A stretch of 64,000 nucleotides of DNA from Gemmatimonadota bacterium (GTDB taxonomy: Bacteria > Gemmatimonadota > Gemmatimonadetes > Gemmatimonadales > GWC2-71-9), in assembly GCA_039589395.1 (NCBI GenBank), contig JBDHHK010000002.1, positions 1,337 through 65,336 of the forward strand, in the 5' to 3' direction. Position 1 is the first letter of the stretch, and each line of letters opens with the position of its first letter. A program made the translations under genes and the position numbers. The notes beneath the pieces were generated by a model. That model had not been told where the DNA came from. It did not search any database and saw only the letters and a program-made list of their open reading frames with translations. Positions 17,509-27,408 of this stretch are shown here, one piece after another.

Positions 17509-20187
17509 CTATTGAACCCGCACGATCCAGAGGATCGGCGTCATTCCCGTACTTGCCAATACATCGTCTCCGCCGTCGCGGACGCGGATTGCGAGCGCGG
17601 GACGCGACCCCGCCGCACTTACGATAGTATACGCGTGACTGCCGCCCCGGACTGAGCGGGAATCGGAAAACGCGCCGAAGGCTCGATCGGCGGGTTCAAG
17701 ACCGGCGGTCGCAGCGACTTCCGATAGTACGTGCGGTAGATCCCAACTCGTCATCGACAACTCGGCTGGCACTCCTGGGGACCAGTCGTCCATATACAAC
17801 ATCGCTCCCCACTGCGCGAACAGCGTGTCGAAGTTCATCTGGGTAACTGCTTCGACATTCGCGACTCCGAGCATTCCTGGGTTGGCGCTGATGATGTCCT
17901 TGTGGAAAGCCGAAGGATCCGCGGAATAGAAACGATCGGTCAGATAGCGTAGCATCGACCAACTCGCTCCGTAAAAGCTCGATTGATCACAGACTCCGAT
18001 GTTTCCTGAGAAGTTACCGAACAGCGTGCAGTCCTCAGGCGCATTTGCTACCTTCGTGCCGCCGTTCCCACCAAAGTAGTACCCCAGCTTCGTCAACCCC
18101 TGCCAGTACCAATAGGGCGGACCAGCTCTGGCGACTGACCCGTCGTAGTTGTTGCCTGCGCTATTTCCAGTATAGGCGTGTCCAACAACCTCCTCCGCGA
18201 ATGTCGCCTGCCCCTCAGCGATCCAGGATGCCGGGAACGTGCCACCGGATAGCAACACAGTCCTGCGGCTGATCTGGATATTGTGTGTGAATTCGTGGGC
18301 GATCAGCACCGGCAGGAAGTTGACAACACTCTGACGCGTGTAGGTACCATCCGGTACATACCCGTAGAAGATCTCGCCTTCGTCGCTGTAGGCACAGCTC
18401 GAACGATCAACCAGGTCTCCGCTGTAAACAAAGCCCGCGGCATCCATGGCGTTCACTTCCTTGGTGAGCACGATGATGATCTTCGAGTTATTGTCGATGT
18501 CGGATGGCACATCAAAGAATGCCGTCGCGAACGGATATATGAAATCATCGAACAAGGTGCTCGCACTGTCGATGTCACCTTGGGTGAGCGGATCCCCTGT
18601 AGGATTGGCATCGTCCGTGTACCAGATTCCTTTCGACCCTACCTTTTGAACCGTGGCTGTGATCTCGGTGAATTCACTGCAACTGGATCCCGGTACGCGG
18701 AACTGGCGCTGGTGTCCGAGTGTGTCCGTCGGTGCCATTGCCGCAGCGGCGAGCGGATTGTCGCTCATCGGCCTGCCGCTCAAGTACCTAATTCCGGGAT
18801 TGTTTGCGGGATCTAAGGCGCGCCGCTCGTAAGCACGGATTTCCGCCTCGCGCGTAGCTTGCCGTTCTCTGAGTGCGGAAAGCTCAGCGTCAAAAGCTGG
18901 TGGCCGCGTGGCCGCTGACCTGCTCGGGCGCGGTACCATCGCCGGCGGTGCAGATGAAACACCCGCTACACTCGTCATCATGAATGGCACAACCTGCGAC
19001 GGAACCTCTGCAGACGCACCAACGCCGATCAGGTATTCCTCATTAGGCACCGCGGATGCCGCAAATTGAAGACAGAAATCGGCGGGATCGTCGATAATCG
19101 TCTGCTCACCGACCGAGAGTGCCAGTTGCGCCGACATCGGTTCGAGCTTGTGGTCGGCGTAGGTATCATTGAATGCTCCTACCGACACCATCACATCCAC
19201 CAACCGTTCCGGCCGGCAATCGAACGTTGGTACGGTGATATTCATCGAGAATTCATTCGCAACGCTGGTCACCGTCGCCGCCCTGCCATCCACCATTACA
19301 CTGTTGTTTCCGGGGGTGAGGTTAAAGCCAGTTCCCGTGATCGTAGCGGAGGCACCCTCTACCAGTGGATCGGGCGATACGCCGGTCACAGTGAGCGTCG
19401 ACGCGGTTGCCGATAGTGCAATGGGACTGCCAGTCAGTCCGGTGGCACTAGCCTGCGCAGTGTTTGCACCAACTGCGGGGCCCAGCGTCCAGGTGGCTTG
19501 AGCATTGCCGTCCGTACCAGTCGTGTCGGAAGCCGTAATCGAACCGCCCCCTGACAGGACCGAGAAGTCGACCGCCTCTCCGTCGACACCGTTGTCGTAC
19601 TGGTCGGCCACCTTCACAACGATCGGATTGGATAACGGCGTGTTTGGGAAACCACTCTGTGCGTCGCCGGAAACGAGTGTCACGGAGACAGCCACATCAG
19701 CTGTTGCGGTTGCGGTGAAGACCGCCGAGGTGCCGATGCCCGTTACGGACGCGGTTACCTCCTGATCACCCGCGGTCGTCCCGAGTGTCCACACTGTAGT
19801 CGCACGACCGTCGCTGCCCGTTGAGGTACTACTCGGCGTGACGCTCCCACCATCGAATGACTCCGAGAGCGCCGCTGCCGCTCCTGCCATGACGCTCCCA
19901 CTGCTGGATGACACCGCATACGTCACCTCTACTCCCGCCATTGGGTTACCAGATTGGTCATCCACCTGAACAACGAGTTCGTTCGCCAACGCCGTGCCGA
20001 CCGTCGCCGTCTGTCCACCACCACCGGCAGCCACGATCGTGGTGGGAGTAGGTGTGTCTCCTCCATTCCCGTTCCCATTGCCGGGCGTGTTGTCGTCCAG
20101 AGGACACTCGGAGGCAGTTAGAACAACGGCGAACGCCCCGACTGTAATGATGCGAAGCAGTTGATTGCGAGCGGGCAAAGTAGTCAT
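17509..20187 (-). CDS. Paralogous Big/TIG/HExxH zinc peptidase, likely exported
   Basis: Same architecture as 14158-16803; AHEFTH..Q, WIAEGQA; start could be 20220. Confidence 0.75.
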   Translation of the reverse strand: MTTLPARNQLLRIITVGAFAVVLTASECPLDDNTPGNGNGNGGDTPTPTTIVAAGGGGQTATVGTALANELVVQVDDQSGNPMAGVEVTYAVSSSSGSVMAGAAAALSESFDGGSVTPSSTSTGSDGRATTVWTLGTTAGDQEVTASVTGIGTSAVFTATATADVAVSVTLVSGDAQSGFPNTPLSNPIVVKVADQYDNGVDGEAVDFSVLSGGGSITASDTTGTDGNAQATWTLGPAVGANTAQASATGLTGSPIALSATASTLTVTGVSPDPLVEGASATITGTGFNLTPGNNSVMVDGRAATVTSVANEFSMNITVPTFDCRPERLVDVMVSVGAFNDTYADHKLEPMSAQLALSVGEQTIIDDPADFCLQFAASAVPNEEYLIGVGASAEVPSQVVPFMMTSVAGVSSAPPAMVPRPSRSAATRPPAFDAELSALRERQATREAEIRAYERRALDPANNPGIRYLSGRPMSDNPLAAAAMAPTDTLGHQRQFRVPGSSCSEFTEITATVQKVGSKGIWYTDDANPTGDPLTQGDIDSASTLFDDFIYPFATAFFDVPSDIDNNSKIIIVLTKEVNAMDAAGFVYSGDLVDRSSCAYSDEGEIFYGYVPDGTYTRQSVVNFLPVLIAHEFTHNIQISRRTVLLSGGTFPASWIAEGQATFAEEVVGHAYTGNSAGNNYDGSVARAGPPYWYWQGLTKLGYYFGGNGGTKVANAPEDCTLFGNFSGNIGVCDQSSFYGASWSMLRYLTDRFYSADPSAFHKDIISANPGMLGVANVEAVTQMNFDTLFAQWGAMLYMDDWSPGVPAELSMTSWDLPHVLSEVAATAGLEPADRAFGAFSDSRSVRGGSHAYTIVSAAGSRPALAIRVRDGGDDVLASTGMTPILWIVRVQ

Positions 20188-20357
20188 ATAAGTACCGCTT
20201 TGGCTGGTTAGTGTTGCCATAAAGGTATCCTAGACAATAATCGAAACGCAACTACCTAGTATGATTGGCAAAGACCCGTTCCGACCTTACACCACCTCAC
20301 ATTGGGAAGCATAATGCAGACAGCAGCGTGCTTTGGGTTGTCGAACTCCTGGAGGTG

Positions 20358-20864
20358 ATGGCACGGATGAATGGACGGCTATTCGAAATCGGCCTGATCG
20401 TCTCAACAGTGTTCGCCGCTTGCGGTCGCGGTGCACCTGACACTGCAACACCACGAGAAGGCGTTGTTTTGGCAGCTGATAGTACGTCTGAAGTCGTTTC
20501 CGATAGCGGACCTGCGGCCGCGCTTTTGGGTGATTGGGTCTTGCAGGGCGTTCCACCACAGAGGATGCCAGGTCTGCACATCACGCTAACGGTGGACTCG
20601 GTATCGGGCGCTCGATACTTCGGTAGGCTGAGCAATTACTTCTCGGGAAATGTCGGCCAAGATCCACGGGCGTATGAGGCTTACGGCGATTCAGTTAGGG
20701 CAGGCGGAATCGTGTCGTTTTCCCTTCTGAGAGTGGACAGCGACATGCTCGGAATGCAGATGAACGGCAGATTAGCTGTCGACACGATAGCACTAGATAT
20801 ATTCGTGCTCGGTCCAGATACAATCAGCGCCGGCGCGCGCCGATGGATCCTGGTGCGGCGATGA
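20358..20864 (+). CDS. Hypothetical lipoprotein
   Basis: GGAGG RBS; lipobox FAAC; beta-rich mature domain. Confidence 0.55.
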   Translation: MARMNGRLFEIGLIVSTVFAACGRGAPDTATPREGVVLAADSTSEVVSDSGPAAALLGDWVLQGVPPQRMPGLHITLTVDSVSGARYFGRLSNYFSGNVGQDPRAYEAYGDSVRAGGIVSFSLLRVDSDMLGMQMNGRLAVDTIALDIFVLGPDTISAGARRWILVRR

Positions 20865-20892
20865 TAAGCGGTCAGCAACCCGATCCACACCC

Positions 20893-21279
20893 CTATTGAG
20901 ACAGACGCAACTCGTAACCAGCGGGCGGGCGGATACGACGATCGAGGCCCGAAACCTCGAGGATCTCAACTAGGTAGGCAGCTCTTGCGCCTGGGTCAGA
21001 AACCAAAATCCGCGCCAACGGTCCAGACGTGAGCGATCCGGTCACTACGCAGTACAGGTCGGAATCGCTTACGCGGTACGAGAACGCCTGGCATCCCGGA
21101 CATGTTGCGCTGACCTCCCCAAACTCCCGTGGTGACGGCGTCCGCACCCTGAACAGGATGGCGCCATCCCCGCTACTGGGAGTGGCCAGTTCGATAGAGA
21201 GCTCGCCGGCTGTCGGGCCATCACAGGCTGGCGTCACCAGCGCCAACAGAACCAAAACGAAAAGACCCCTGAACCTCAT
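20893..21279 (-). CDS. Small beta-rich lipoprotein (cohesin-like candidate)
   Basis: Signal ending VTPAC; ATGA overlap with upstream protease; cohesin call is inference. Confidence 0.6.
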   Translation of the reverse strand: MRFRGLFVLVLLALVTPACDGPTAGELSIELATPSSGDGAILFRVRTPSPREFGEVSATCPGCQAFSYRVSDSDLYCVVTGSLTSGPLARILVSDPGARAAYLVEILEVSGLDRRIRPPAGYELRLSQ

Positions 21280-23786
21280 GGGCGCCGCCCCCCTTCACCC
21301 ACACCCGGTTTTTCAACCGAACTCACTATTGCGGGAGATTGGGCTGCCCGGAGCAAAGCTGTCATCGCCTCTTCAGTCACCACTCCGGCTGTAGCTTCCA
21401 CCCAACCGAGGAAATCACCTACATCCAATCCAGAATTCCTGTTGCCGAGTAAGTCGAGGTAAACCAAGTCCTGTTCGCTCAACGGTGTTCCTGCGCCCAC
21501 CAGATGTTCCAGGACTTCCGTGGCTATCAAGCGGGGGGCAAGCACCGAGAGTTCAAGTGTGTCAACGACGGCCTGCGAGCCTGACGAAACGCCGATCTCC
21601 AATGTGAAGTCCCCTGTCTGTTCGGGTAAGCCCGAAACGAGACCACCGGCACTCAAAGCCAAGCCTAAAGGGAATGTTCCCGAGGTCACTCTCCAAACGT
21701 TGGCTCCGACCCCTCCGTTCGCGGTCAGCAGAAAAGAGAAATTGGTACCCATCGTCGCCGATGGAAACGAATCATCCGCAACAACGAGTGGAGCTGCAAA
21801 TCTCGCGTCGAGATTGAACGGATGGGTCATCTGCAACACCAGGGTGTCGCCTGTCGCGGTGGTGTCGGGTCCATGCCAGCCCTCGAACACGTGCCCCACA
21901 GAATCAACTTTCGCCGTCAAGGTCACCACCGAATCAGCCCCAAGGAAAACTCCGTTCAATAGATCCATTGGAGCATCCGGCTGCACCGAGCCGGCGCCCG
22001 AACCCGAGTACGACGCCTTCAACTCGTAATCAGCGGCGACGACAGCAACGATCGTGTCGCCTGTCGATGATGCGGTGAACACATGCGATCTCGGCTGACC
22101 GTTGGACCACGACACCCACTCAAATCGACGACGACCCGCGTCGGCCACCTGCATCGAATCGATTTCGAGCGCGTAGTCACCACCTGCTGTCAGGAACCCG
22201 TCGAAGCGGTTGTACTCGACGCCGTCCAGGCGGAATACTGCATTCGTGTCGGTGGCAGCAATCAACGCGGCCGACTCGAATCCGACCTTGAGCCGAATCG
22301 GTCCAAAGTCGGCAACTTGAGTGATGGAGTCCAATTCGACGAAGGACATCAACCCGCTGTTGGAATAGCTCGACGGTTCGGTGTTCCTCCCGAAAAACCG
22401 GTTGTTCAGGCGACCTGGAAACGGATCGCCGTCATCCCCGCGGTTCGACCCCGACAACAGATCATCGCGACCATCCGCCTGCTCGAGCGCAACAGCATAA
22501 GGGGCGTAGCCATTCACATTGTTTCCGCGCAATCGAGCCAGAGTCGAGTCAACGTGCCAGATGAGCAGCCCTACCTCGTTCAACATCGAATCGGAACCGA
22601 TGCGCTGACGATTCTCCAGCAGGAAATACTCATTCGTGTTTGGAATCGGCAGTACGTACGTTGTGTCCGAAGTGACAACCGGGTTCATCGTGAGTGTGGC
22701 ATCGCGCTCGATCAACACCTCTGTCACCCATCCCAGCTGTCCCTTTGAGAACGCGTTGAGGTGCGTCGGCCGATAAGCCGTCTGTTGGCTGCCGGAGCCC
22801 ATGAGCCCCCAACGGCCTATCCCGGAACCATCACCAATGGTGTCATAAAGGTCCGCCAGCCCGAACAGGTGTCCGGTCTCGTGAGCGACCACACCCATTG
22901 CCTGCGGCTCACCGCTCGTGCAGCCGGCGTCGCCACCCTGCCCTCCCTGAACGATGTAGTCGCGAAGCTTCACGAAGTCGCCCGTTGCCACCGAGAGATC
23001 ATTGGTAGGGTACGGGCCGGCGAAAAATCTGTGCGCCCAGATGCTGTTGGCGGCCTCGCCATTCACTGCCTTGCATGAGCCGTCAACCTTTGGGTGGATC
23101 AACACAACGGCGTCGACGAATCCGTCATCATCGCCGCTGTTGGGGTTTCCATCCGGCCCATCGTTGTCAAACTGGCCAAAGTCCACGCTATCGTCCCATA
23201 CTGCAGCAATGTCACGCATCAAGGTACCCACTCCGCTCAGCCCGTTGTTCGAGCCCTCATAGATGGAGTCGGCATCCGGTACGTACGCCCAGTCGTATAC
23301 GGTGCCATATACATTGACCGAGTCGTTCGATACCTCTCTGTAATAGGTGAAGACGCTGTACGGAGGCGCCGGATCCGTACCGTACAGTCGATCACGTAAG
23401 ACGTCGTGAGGAACGGCGGAGGCAATCGCCGCTGAATCGGTGTTCGAGAACAAAATGAGAAAGACCGGCATAAACACATCTCCGGTCATGACTCCATTTT
23501 CACCGTGAGCCGCTTGCGTCAGAAACCTGCCCTCAACTGGCCTGCTGCGTCGACGATTCCTCTCCGACGCTACCCGCAACCCTCGTCTGATCCAACCGTT
23601 GTCCGGCGAGAACCGGAACGCATTGGGATCGGATCGCACCAGCTCATAGAAGCTCGGCGGTGGCGTGGCACCAAATCTACGCCCGAGTTCCTCTACGTCA
23701 GTTTGCGCAAGTAAGGATAAAGGCGCCAGCAAAAATGCCACCAGAAATGTGGCAACGGCGCCTGGACTACTCAGTAGACGGTTCAT
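21276..23786 (-). CDS. M6 family (immune inhibitor A-like) metalloprotease with Ig-like domain and C-terminal dockerin-like module
   Basis: Signal peptide; DFGQFDNDGPDG, IWAH, HETGHLFGLADLY, WGLMGSG, EYFLLENRQ, GLLIWHVD. Confidence 0.88.
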   Translation of the reverse strand: MNRLLSSPGAVATFLVAFLLAPLSLLAQTDVEELGRRFGATPPPSFYELVRSDPNAFRFSPDNGWIRRGLRVASERNRRRSRPVEGRFLTQAAHGENGVMTGDVFMPVFLILFSNTDSAAIASAVPHDVLRDRLYGTDPAPPYSVFTYYREVSNDSVNVYGTVYDWAYVPDADSIYEGSNNGLSGVGTLMRDIAAVWDDSVDFGQFDNDGPDGNPNSGDDDGFVDAVVLIHPKVDGSCKAVNGEAANSIWAHRFFAGPYPTNDLSVATGDFVKLRDYIVQGGQGGDAGCTSGEPQAMGVVAHETGHLFGLADLYDTIGDGSGIGRWGLMGSGSQQTAYRPTHLNAFSKGQLGWVTEVLIERDATLTMNPVVTSDTTYVLPIPNTNEYFLLENRQRIGSDSMLNEVGLLIWHVDSTLARLRGNNVNGYAPYAVALEQADGRDDLLSGSNRGDDGDPFPGRLNNRFFGRNTEPSSYSNSGLMSFVELDSITQVADFGPIRLKVGFESAALIAATDTNAVFRLDGVEYNRFDGFLTAGGDYALEIDSMQVADAGRRRFEWVSWSNGQPRSHVFTASSTGDTIVAVVAADYELKASYSGSGAGSVQPDAPMDLLNGVFLGADSVVTLTAKVDSVGHVFEGWHGPDTTATGDTLVLQMTHPFNLDARFAAPLVVADDSFPSATMGTNFSFLLTANGGVGANVWRVTSGTFPLGLALSAGGLVSGLPEQTGDFTLEIGVSSGSQAVVDTLELSVLAPRLIATEVLEHLVGAGTPLSEQDLVYLDLLGNRNSGLDVGDFLGWVEATAGVVTEEAMTALLRAAQSPAIVSSVEKPGVGEGGRRP

Positions 23787-23993
23787 ATACAGTCGAATAT
23801 AATCGCGACCAAGTTCCAGGAGTTGAGCCAGCGTCCATACTCCGTTTCTCCACTATTGCCTAACACATTGCCGTTGGCTCACTTAGAGGGGTTTCGTAGA
23901 CTGCTAGGTAACCGGTACAGGGCTTGTGTGTTCCTCGATGGACCTGTACTATCGATTGGGGTAATATCATTGTAGGAAATCAAGGACTACACC

Positions 23994-25220
23994 ATGTCAT
24001 CAGTTGGCCAACGAGAAGCGGACGTTCAGACCATGCAACAGGCTCAGTTGCTGGCGAAATGCGCGGGATATACTGAAGCTCGAGAGGTGCAGAAGCTGGG
24101 GTTGTATCCCTACTTCAAGCCCATCTCAAAGGCCGAAGATACGGTCGTTGTGATCGAGGGCCGCGAACGAGTCATGATGGGCTCTAACAACTACTTGAGC
24201 CTCACACATCACCCGATGGTTCTCGAAGCAGCTCGGCGTGCGCTCGAGACGTTCGGCTCAGGATGTACCGGAAGCCGCTTCTTGAATGGTACGCTAGCAC
24301 TCCATGAAGAACTCGAGAGTCGCCTTGCTGAACACTTCGGAAAAGAGTCCGTACTGGTGTTTTCCACCGGATACCAAGCCAACCTCGGATTGGTACAAGG
24401 GCTTATCGGCAGAGGTGATGTAGTGCTCGTTGACAAACTCGACCATGCGTCAATAATCGACGGCGCAAAGCTCTCTTACGGAGAGACGTCGAGATTCAAT
24501 CACGGAGATCTAAGACACCTCGAGCACAAGTTGCAGAAGTTCTCGGACCATGCCACGATGATCATCGTTGATGGCGTCTACAGCATGGAAGGAGATATTG
24601 CCGACGTACCAGGATTGGTCGACCTCGCACAGCGATATGGCGCGGTACTCGCAGTGGACGACGCGCATTCGGTGGGCGTTCTTGGCCCCCACGGTGACGG
24701 GACCGCAGCACACTTTGGGCTGGTACAAGAAGCAGACATCGTCGTGGGAACATTCTCCAAATCGCTCGCTTCAATCGGTGGGTTTGTTGGTGCATCGGAA
24801 AGTGTTATCCACTATCTGAAGCACCACAGTAGGCCACTCATTTTCACCGCATCACTGCCACCGTCGAACACGGCAGGAGTCCTCGCGGCCTTGGACGTCA
24901 TGATTGCGGAACCAGAGCGGCGCGAGATGCTTTGGAGGAACGCCCGACGCTTCCAGGAGGGCTGCCGGAGCCTGGGCTTCGACATTGGTCCGACCGAGAC
25001 GCCGATTGTGCCGGTGCTGATTGGGACGTTGCACAACACCTTTGCTTTTTGGCGGGCACTCTTTGACGCCGGAGTGTTCACAAACCCTGTCGTGCCTCCT
25101 GCGGTTCCGCCAGACCAATGCCGCTTGAGAGCGAGCCTCATGGCTACTCATACGGCGGAGCAAATTGATTTCGCACTCGAAACATTTGGTACATTGGGCA
25201 AGAAGATGGGGGTGATTTGA
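23994..25220 (+). CDS. spt: Serine palmitoyltransferase (AOS family, PLP dependent)
   Basis: GLYPYF, GSNNYL, GSRFLNGT, DHASIID, DDAH, GTFSKS; operon context. Confidence 0.8.
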   Translation: MSSVGQREADVQTMQQAQLLAKCAGYTEAREVQKLGLYPYFKPISKAEDTVVVIEGRERVMMGSNNYLSLTHHPMVLEAARRALETFGSGCTGSRFLNGTLALHEELESRLAEHFGKESVLVFSTGYQANLGLVQGLIGRGDVVLVDKLDHASIIDGAKLSYGETSRFNHGDLRHLEHKLQKFSDHATMIIVDGVYSMEGDIADVPGLVDLAQRYGAVLAVDDAHSVGVLGPHGDGTAAHFGLVQEADIVVGTFSKSLASIGGFVGASESVIHYLKHHSRPLIFTASLPPSNTAGVLAALDVMIAEPERREMLWRNARRFQEGCRSLGFDIGPTETPIVPVLIGTLHNTFAFWRALFDAGVFTNPVVPPAVPPDQCRLRASLMATHTAEQIDFALETFGTLGKKMGVI

Positions 25221-26425
25221 GTTCAGACGTGGTCGTGCGGCCGGTAGAATCGGCCACCGACCTCAAACGGTTCATAGCTTTTCCCTACGCACTTCATCGG
25301 GGGGATCCAATGTGGGTCCCTCCGTTGCGTATGGAGGTGCGAAAGCTGCTGTCGAAGAAAAAAAACCCATTCTTCAAGCGCAACGAAGCAGAGTATTTCC
25401 TTGCGACCCGCAGGATGGATGGCCAGGCTGAAACTCATTACCGACCGTCCAGACCGCCATTTCGCCCATCCGCACTTCCCAGCTCACGACGCGACGGTGA
25501 AAAGTGGGAGATTCTGGGTCGAATTGCCGCGATCAAGAATGTCGCGCACAATGAAGCACACGAAGACACTGTCGGGTTCTTTGGATTCTTCGAATGTGTT
25601 CACGACGATGCGGTCGCTTTGGCCTTGTTGGATAGGGCCGGCGAATGGTTGGCAAGCAAGGGTCTGACGACTATGCGGGGCCCCACGTCATTCTCGACAA
25701 ATGATGAATGCGGTTTATTGGTGGATGGGTTCAACACGCCACCCACCATCATGAACCCACACAACCCCAGCTACTACGTAGGCCTGATCGAACACGCAGG
25801 ATTCAGCAAGGCGATGGATCTGTACCAATACCAGACCGTCAATCCCCGACTGCCCGAGAAGCTCGTTGACCGTGTGAAAAAGGTGCTCGAGCACAAGAAC
25901 ATCACGTTGCGAACGCTCGACATGAAACATTTCGACGAAGAGATTGAGCGCATCAAGGCGATCTACAACAGCGCTTGGGAGAAGAACTGGGGCTTCGTTC
26001 CCATGTCGGATGACGAGATCGATCACCTGGCGGCTCAGCTGAAGCCGGTGGTCGAGCCAGAACTGGTGATGTTCGTGGAACAGGAAGGCAAGCCAATAGG
26101 TTTTGCGGCGGTTCTGCCAGATTATAACGTTGCTCTGAAAAGAAACCCGTCCGGCCGTTTGTTTCCCGGCATCGTCAAAGTCTTGCTCGCCGCGAGGAAG
26201 ATCAAGCGCATCAGGATCCTGCTCTTGGGCCTGCTGCAGGAATATCGCGGCATAGGTGCCGACGTTGTCATGTATCACTGGATTTGGGAGACAGGATACC
26301 GCTTGGGACACCGCTGGGCCGAAGCTGGATGGATCCTCGAGAACAACGTCCCGATGAACAACGCCATTCAGCGGCTGGGCTTCGAGCACTACAAGACACT
26401 GCGGATTTACGACCGACCACTGTGA
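25217..26425 (+). CDS. GNAT-fold protein, bacterial ceramide synthase (bCerS)-like
   Basis: WVPPL, GRIAA, GFFGFFE, GLLVDGF..PP..MNPHNP.YY, NWGFVP, WILENN..MN motifs; TTGA overlap with spt. Confidence 0.75.
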   Translation: MSSDVVVRPVESATDLKRFIAFPYALHRGDPMWVPPLRMEVRKLLSKKKNPFFKRNEAEYFLATRRMDGQAETHYRPSRPPFRPSALPSSRRDGEKWEILGRIAAIKNVAHNEAHEDTVGFFGFFECVHDDAVALALLDRAGEWLASKGLTTMRGPTSFSTNDECGLLVDGFNTPPTIMNPHNPSYYVGLIEHAGFSKAMDLYQYQTVNPRLPEKLVDRVKKVLEHKNITLRTLDMKHFDEEIERIKAIYNSAWEKNWGFVPMSDDEIDHLAAQLKPVVEPELVMFVEQEGKPIGFAAVLPDYNVALKRNPSGRLFPGIVKVLLAARKIKRIRILLLGLLQEYRGIGADVVMYHWIWETGYRLGHRWAEAGWILENNVPMNNAIQRLGFEHYKTLRIYDRPL

Positions 26426-27408
26426 GAGTACTCGTCACCGGCGCCACCGGGTTTGTCGGATCACACCTAGCCAGAGGCCTGCTCGAGCGTGGTGACGAGG
26501 TGGTCTGTCTCGTGCGTGATGTGGAGAGGGCGCGGCGGCTACTGGGGGAAACACCACTCGAGTTGGTGCGTGGCAACCTCAACGACCGGGAAACACTGCG
26601 ATCCGCATGTCAGGACGCTGATGTCGTATTTCATTCCGCCGGACTCACAACGGCCCGCAACCGCGACGGATTCTTCTCCGTAAACGCCGATGCCACCCAA
26701 CGTCTCGTTGAGGCCGTAGCCGATACGGCTACCGGGCTCTCCCGTTTTGTTTACATAAGTTCCCAAGCTGCTGCAGGACCATCCACGAAAGGGCGACCCA
26801 GAACTGAGAGCGACGTTCCTATTCCGGTCAGCAACTACGGTGCTAGTAAGCTCGCGGGCGAGGAGAGAGTGCGCGAGAGCGGGCTTCCATGGACAATTGT
26901 GCGCCCTTGCGCCGTTTATGGGCCGGGAGATCGAGCGTTTCTCACAGTTTTCAAGCTCGTGAAGTTGGGTGTTATGCCAGTGCTCGGCAGTGCTGAACAA
27001 GAACTCTCAATGGTACATATCGCTGACCTCGTAAAGTCTCTCCTATCTGTGGTGACGTCCACAACTGAGTCACATACGTATTTCGTGAGTCATCCGGAAG
27101 TTGTTACCGCAAGTACCCTCTGCAGACACATAAGTTCTGCGCTGTCGCCGGGCACGCCCAAGAACGCGTTGGTATTCGGTCTCCCCGCTTGGGCAACCAA
27201 GGGTATACTCGCAGTGACCCACACCGCAGCCGGACTAGTTGGAAGATCGACGTTTTTGTCACCCGACAAGGGAAATGAATACCTCGCTGAGGCATGGGTC
27301 TGTTCGCCGAACAAGCTATTAGATGCCACCGGATGGCGTGCTGAAAAAACTGCTGAGGAAGGTGTGCGAGACACCGCAAGGTGGTATAGCGAGAACGGTT
27401 GGTTATGA
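26422..27408 (+). CDS. NAD-dependent epimerase/dehydratase (SDR), ceramide reductase (CerR) candidate
   Basis: VLVTGATGFVG, YGASK, RPCAVYGPGD; GTGA overlap with previous gene. Confidence 0.8.
   Translation: MRVLVTGATGFVGSHLARGLLERGDEVVCLVRDVERARRLLGETPLELVRGNLNDRETLRSACQDADVVFHSAGLTTARNRDGFFSVNADATQRLVEAVADTATGLSRFVYISSQAAAGPSTKGRPRTESDVPIPVSNYGASKLAGEERVRESGLPWTIVRPCAVYGPGDRAFLTVFKLVKLGVMPVLGSAEQELSMVHIADLVKSLLSVVTSTTESHTYFVSHPEVVTASTLCRHISSALSPGTPKNALVFGLPAWATKGILAVTHTAAGLVGRSTFLSPDKGNEYLAEAWVCSPNKLLDATGWRAEKTAEEGVRDTARWYSENGWL

Noticed and set aside
23994-25220. BioF or Kbl annotation
   Set aside because: GTFSKS motif and coupling to bCerS/CerR-like genes favour Spt; no bio or tdh genes nearby
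25715-26389. 224 aa antisense ORF
   Set aside because: Shadow of the bCerS-like gene
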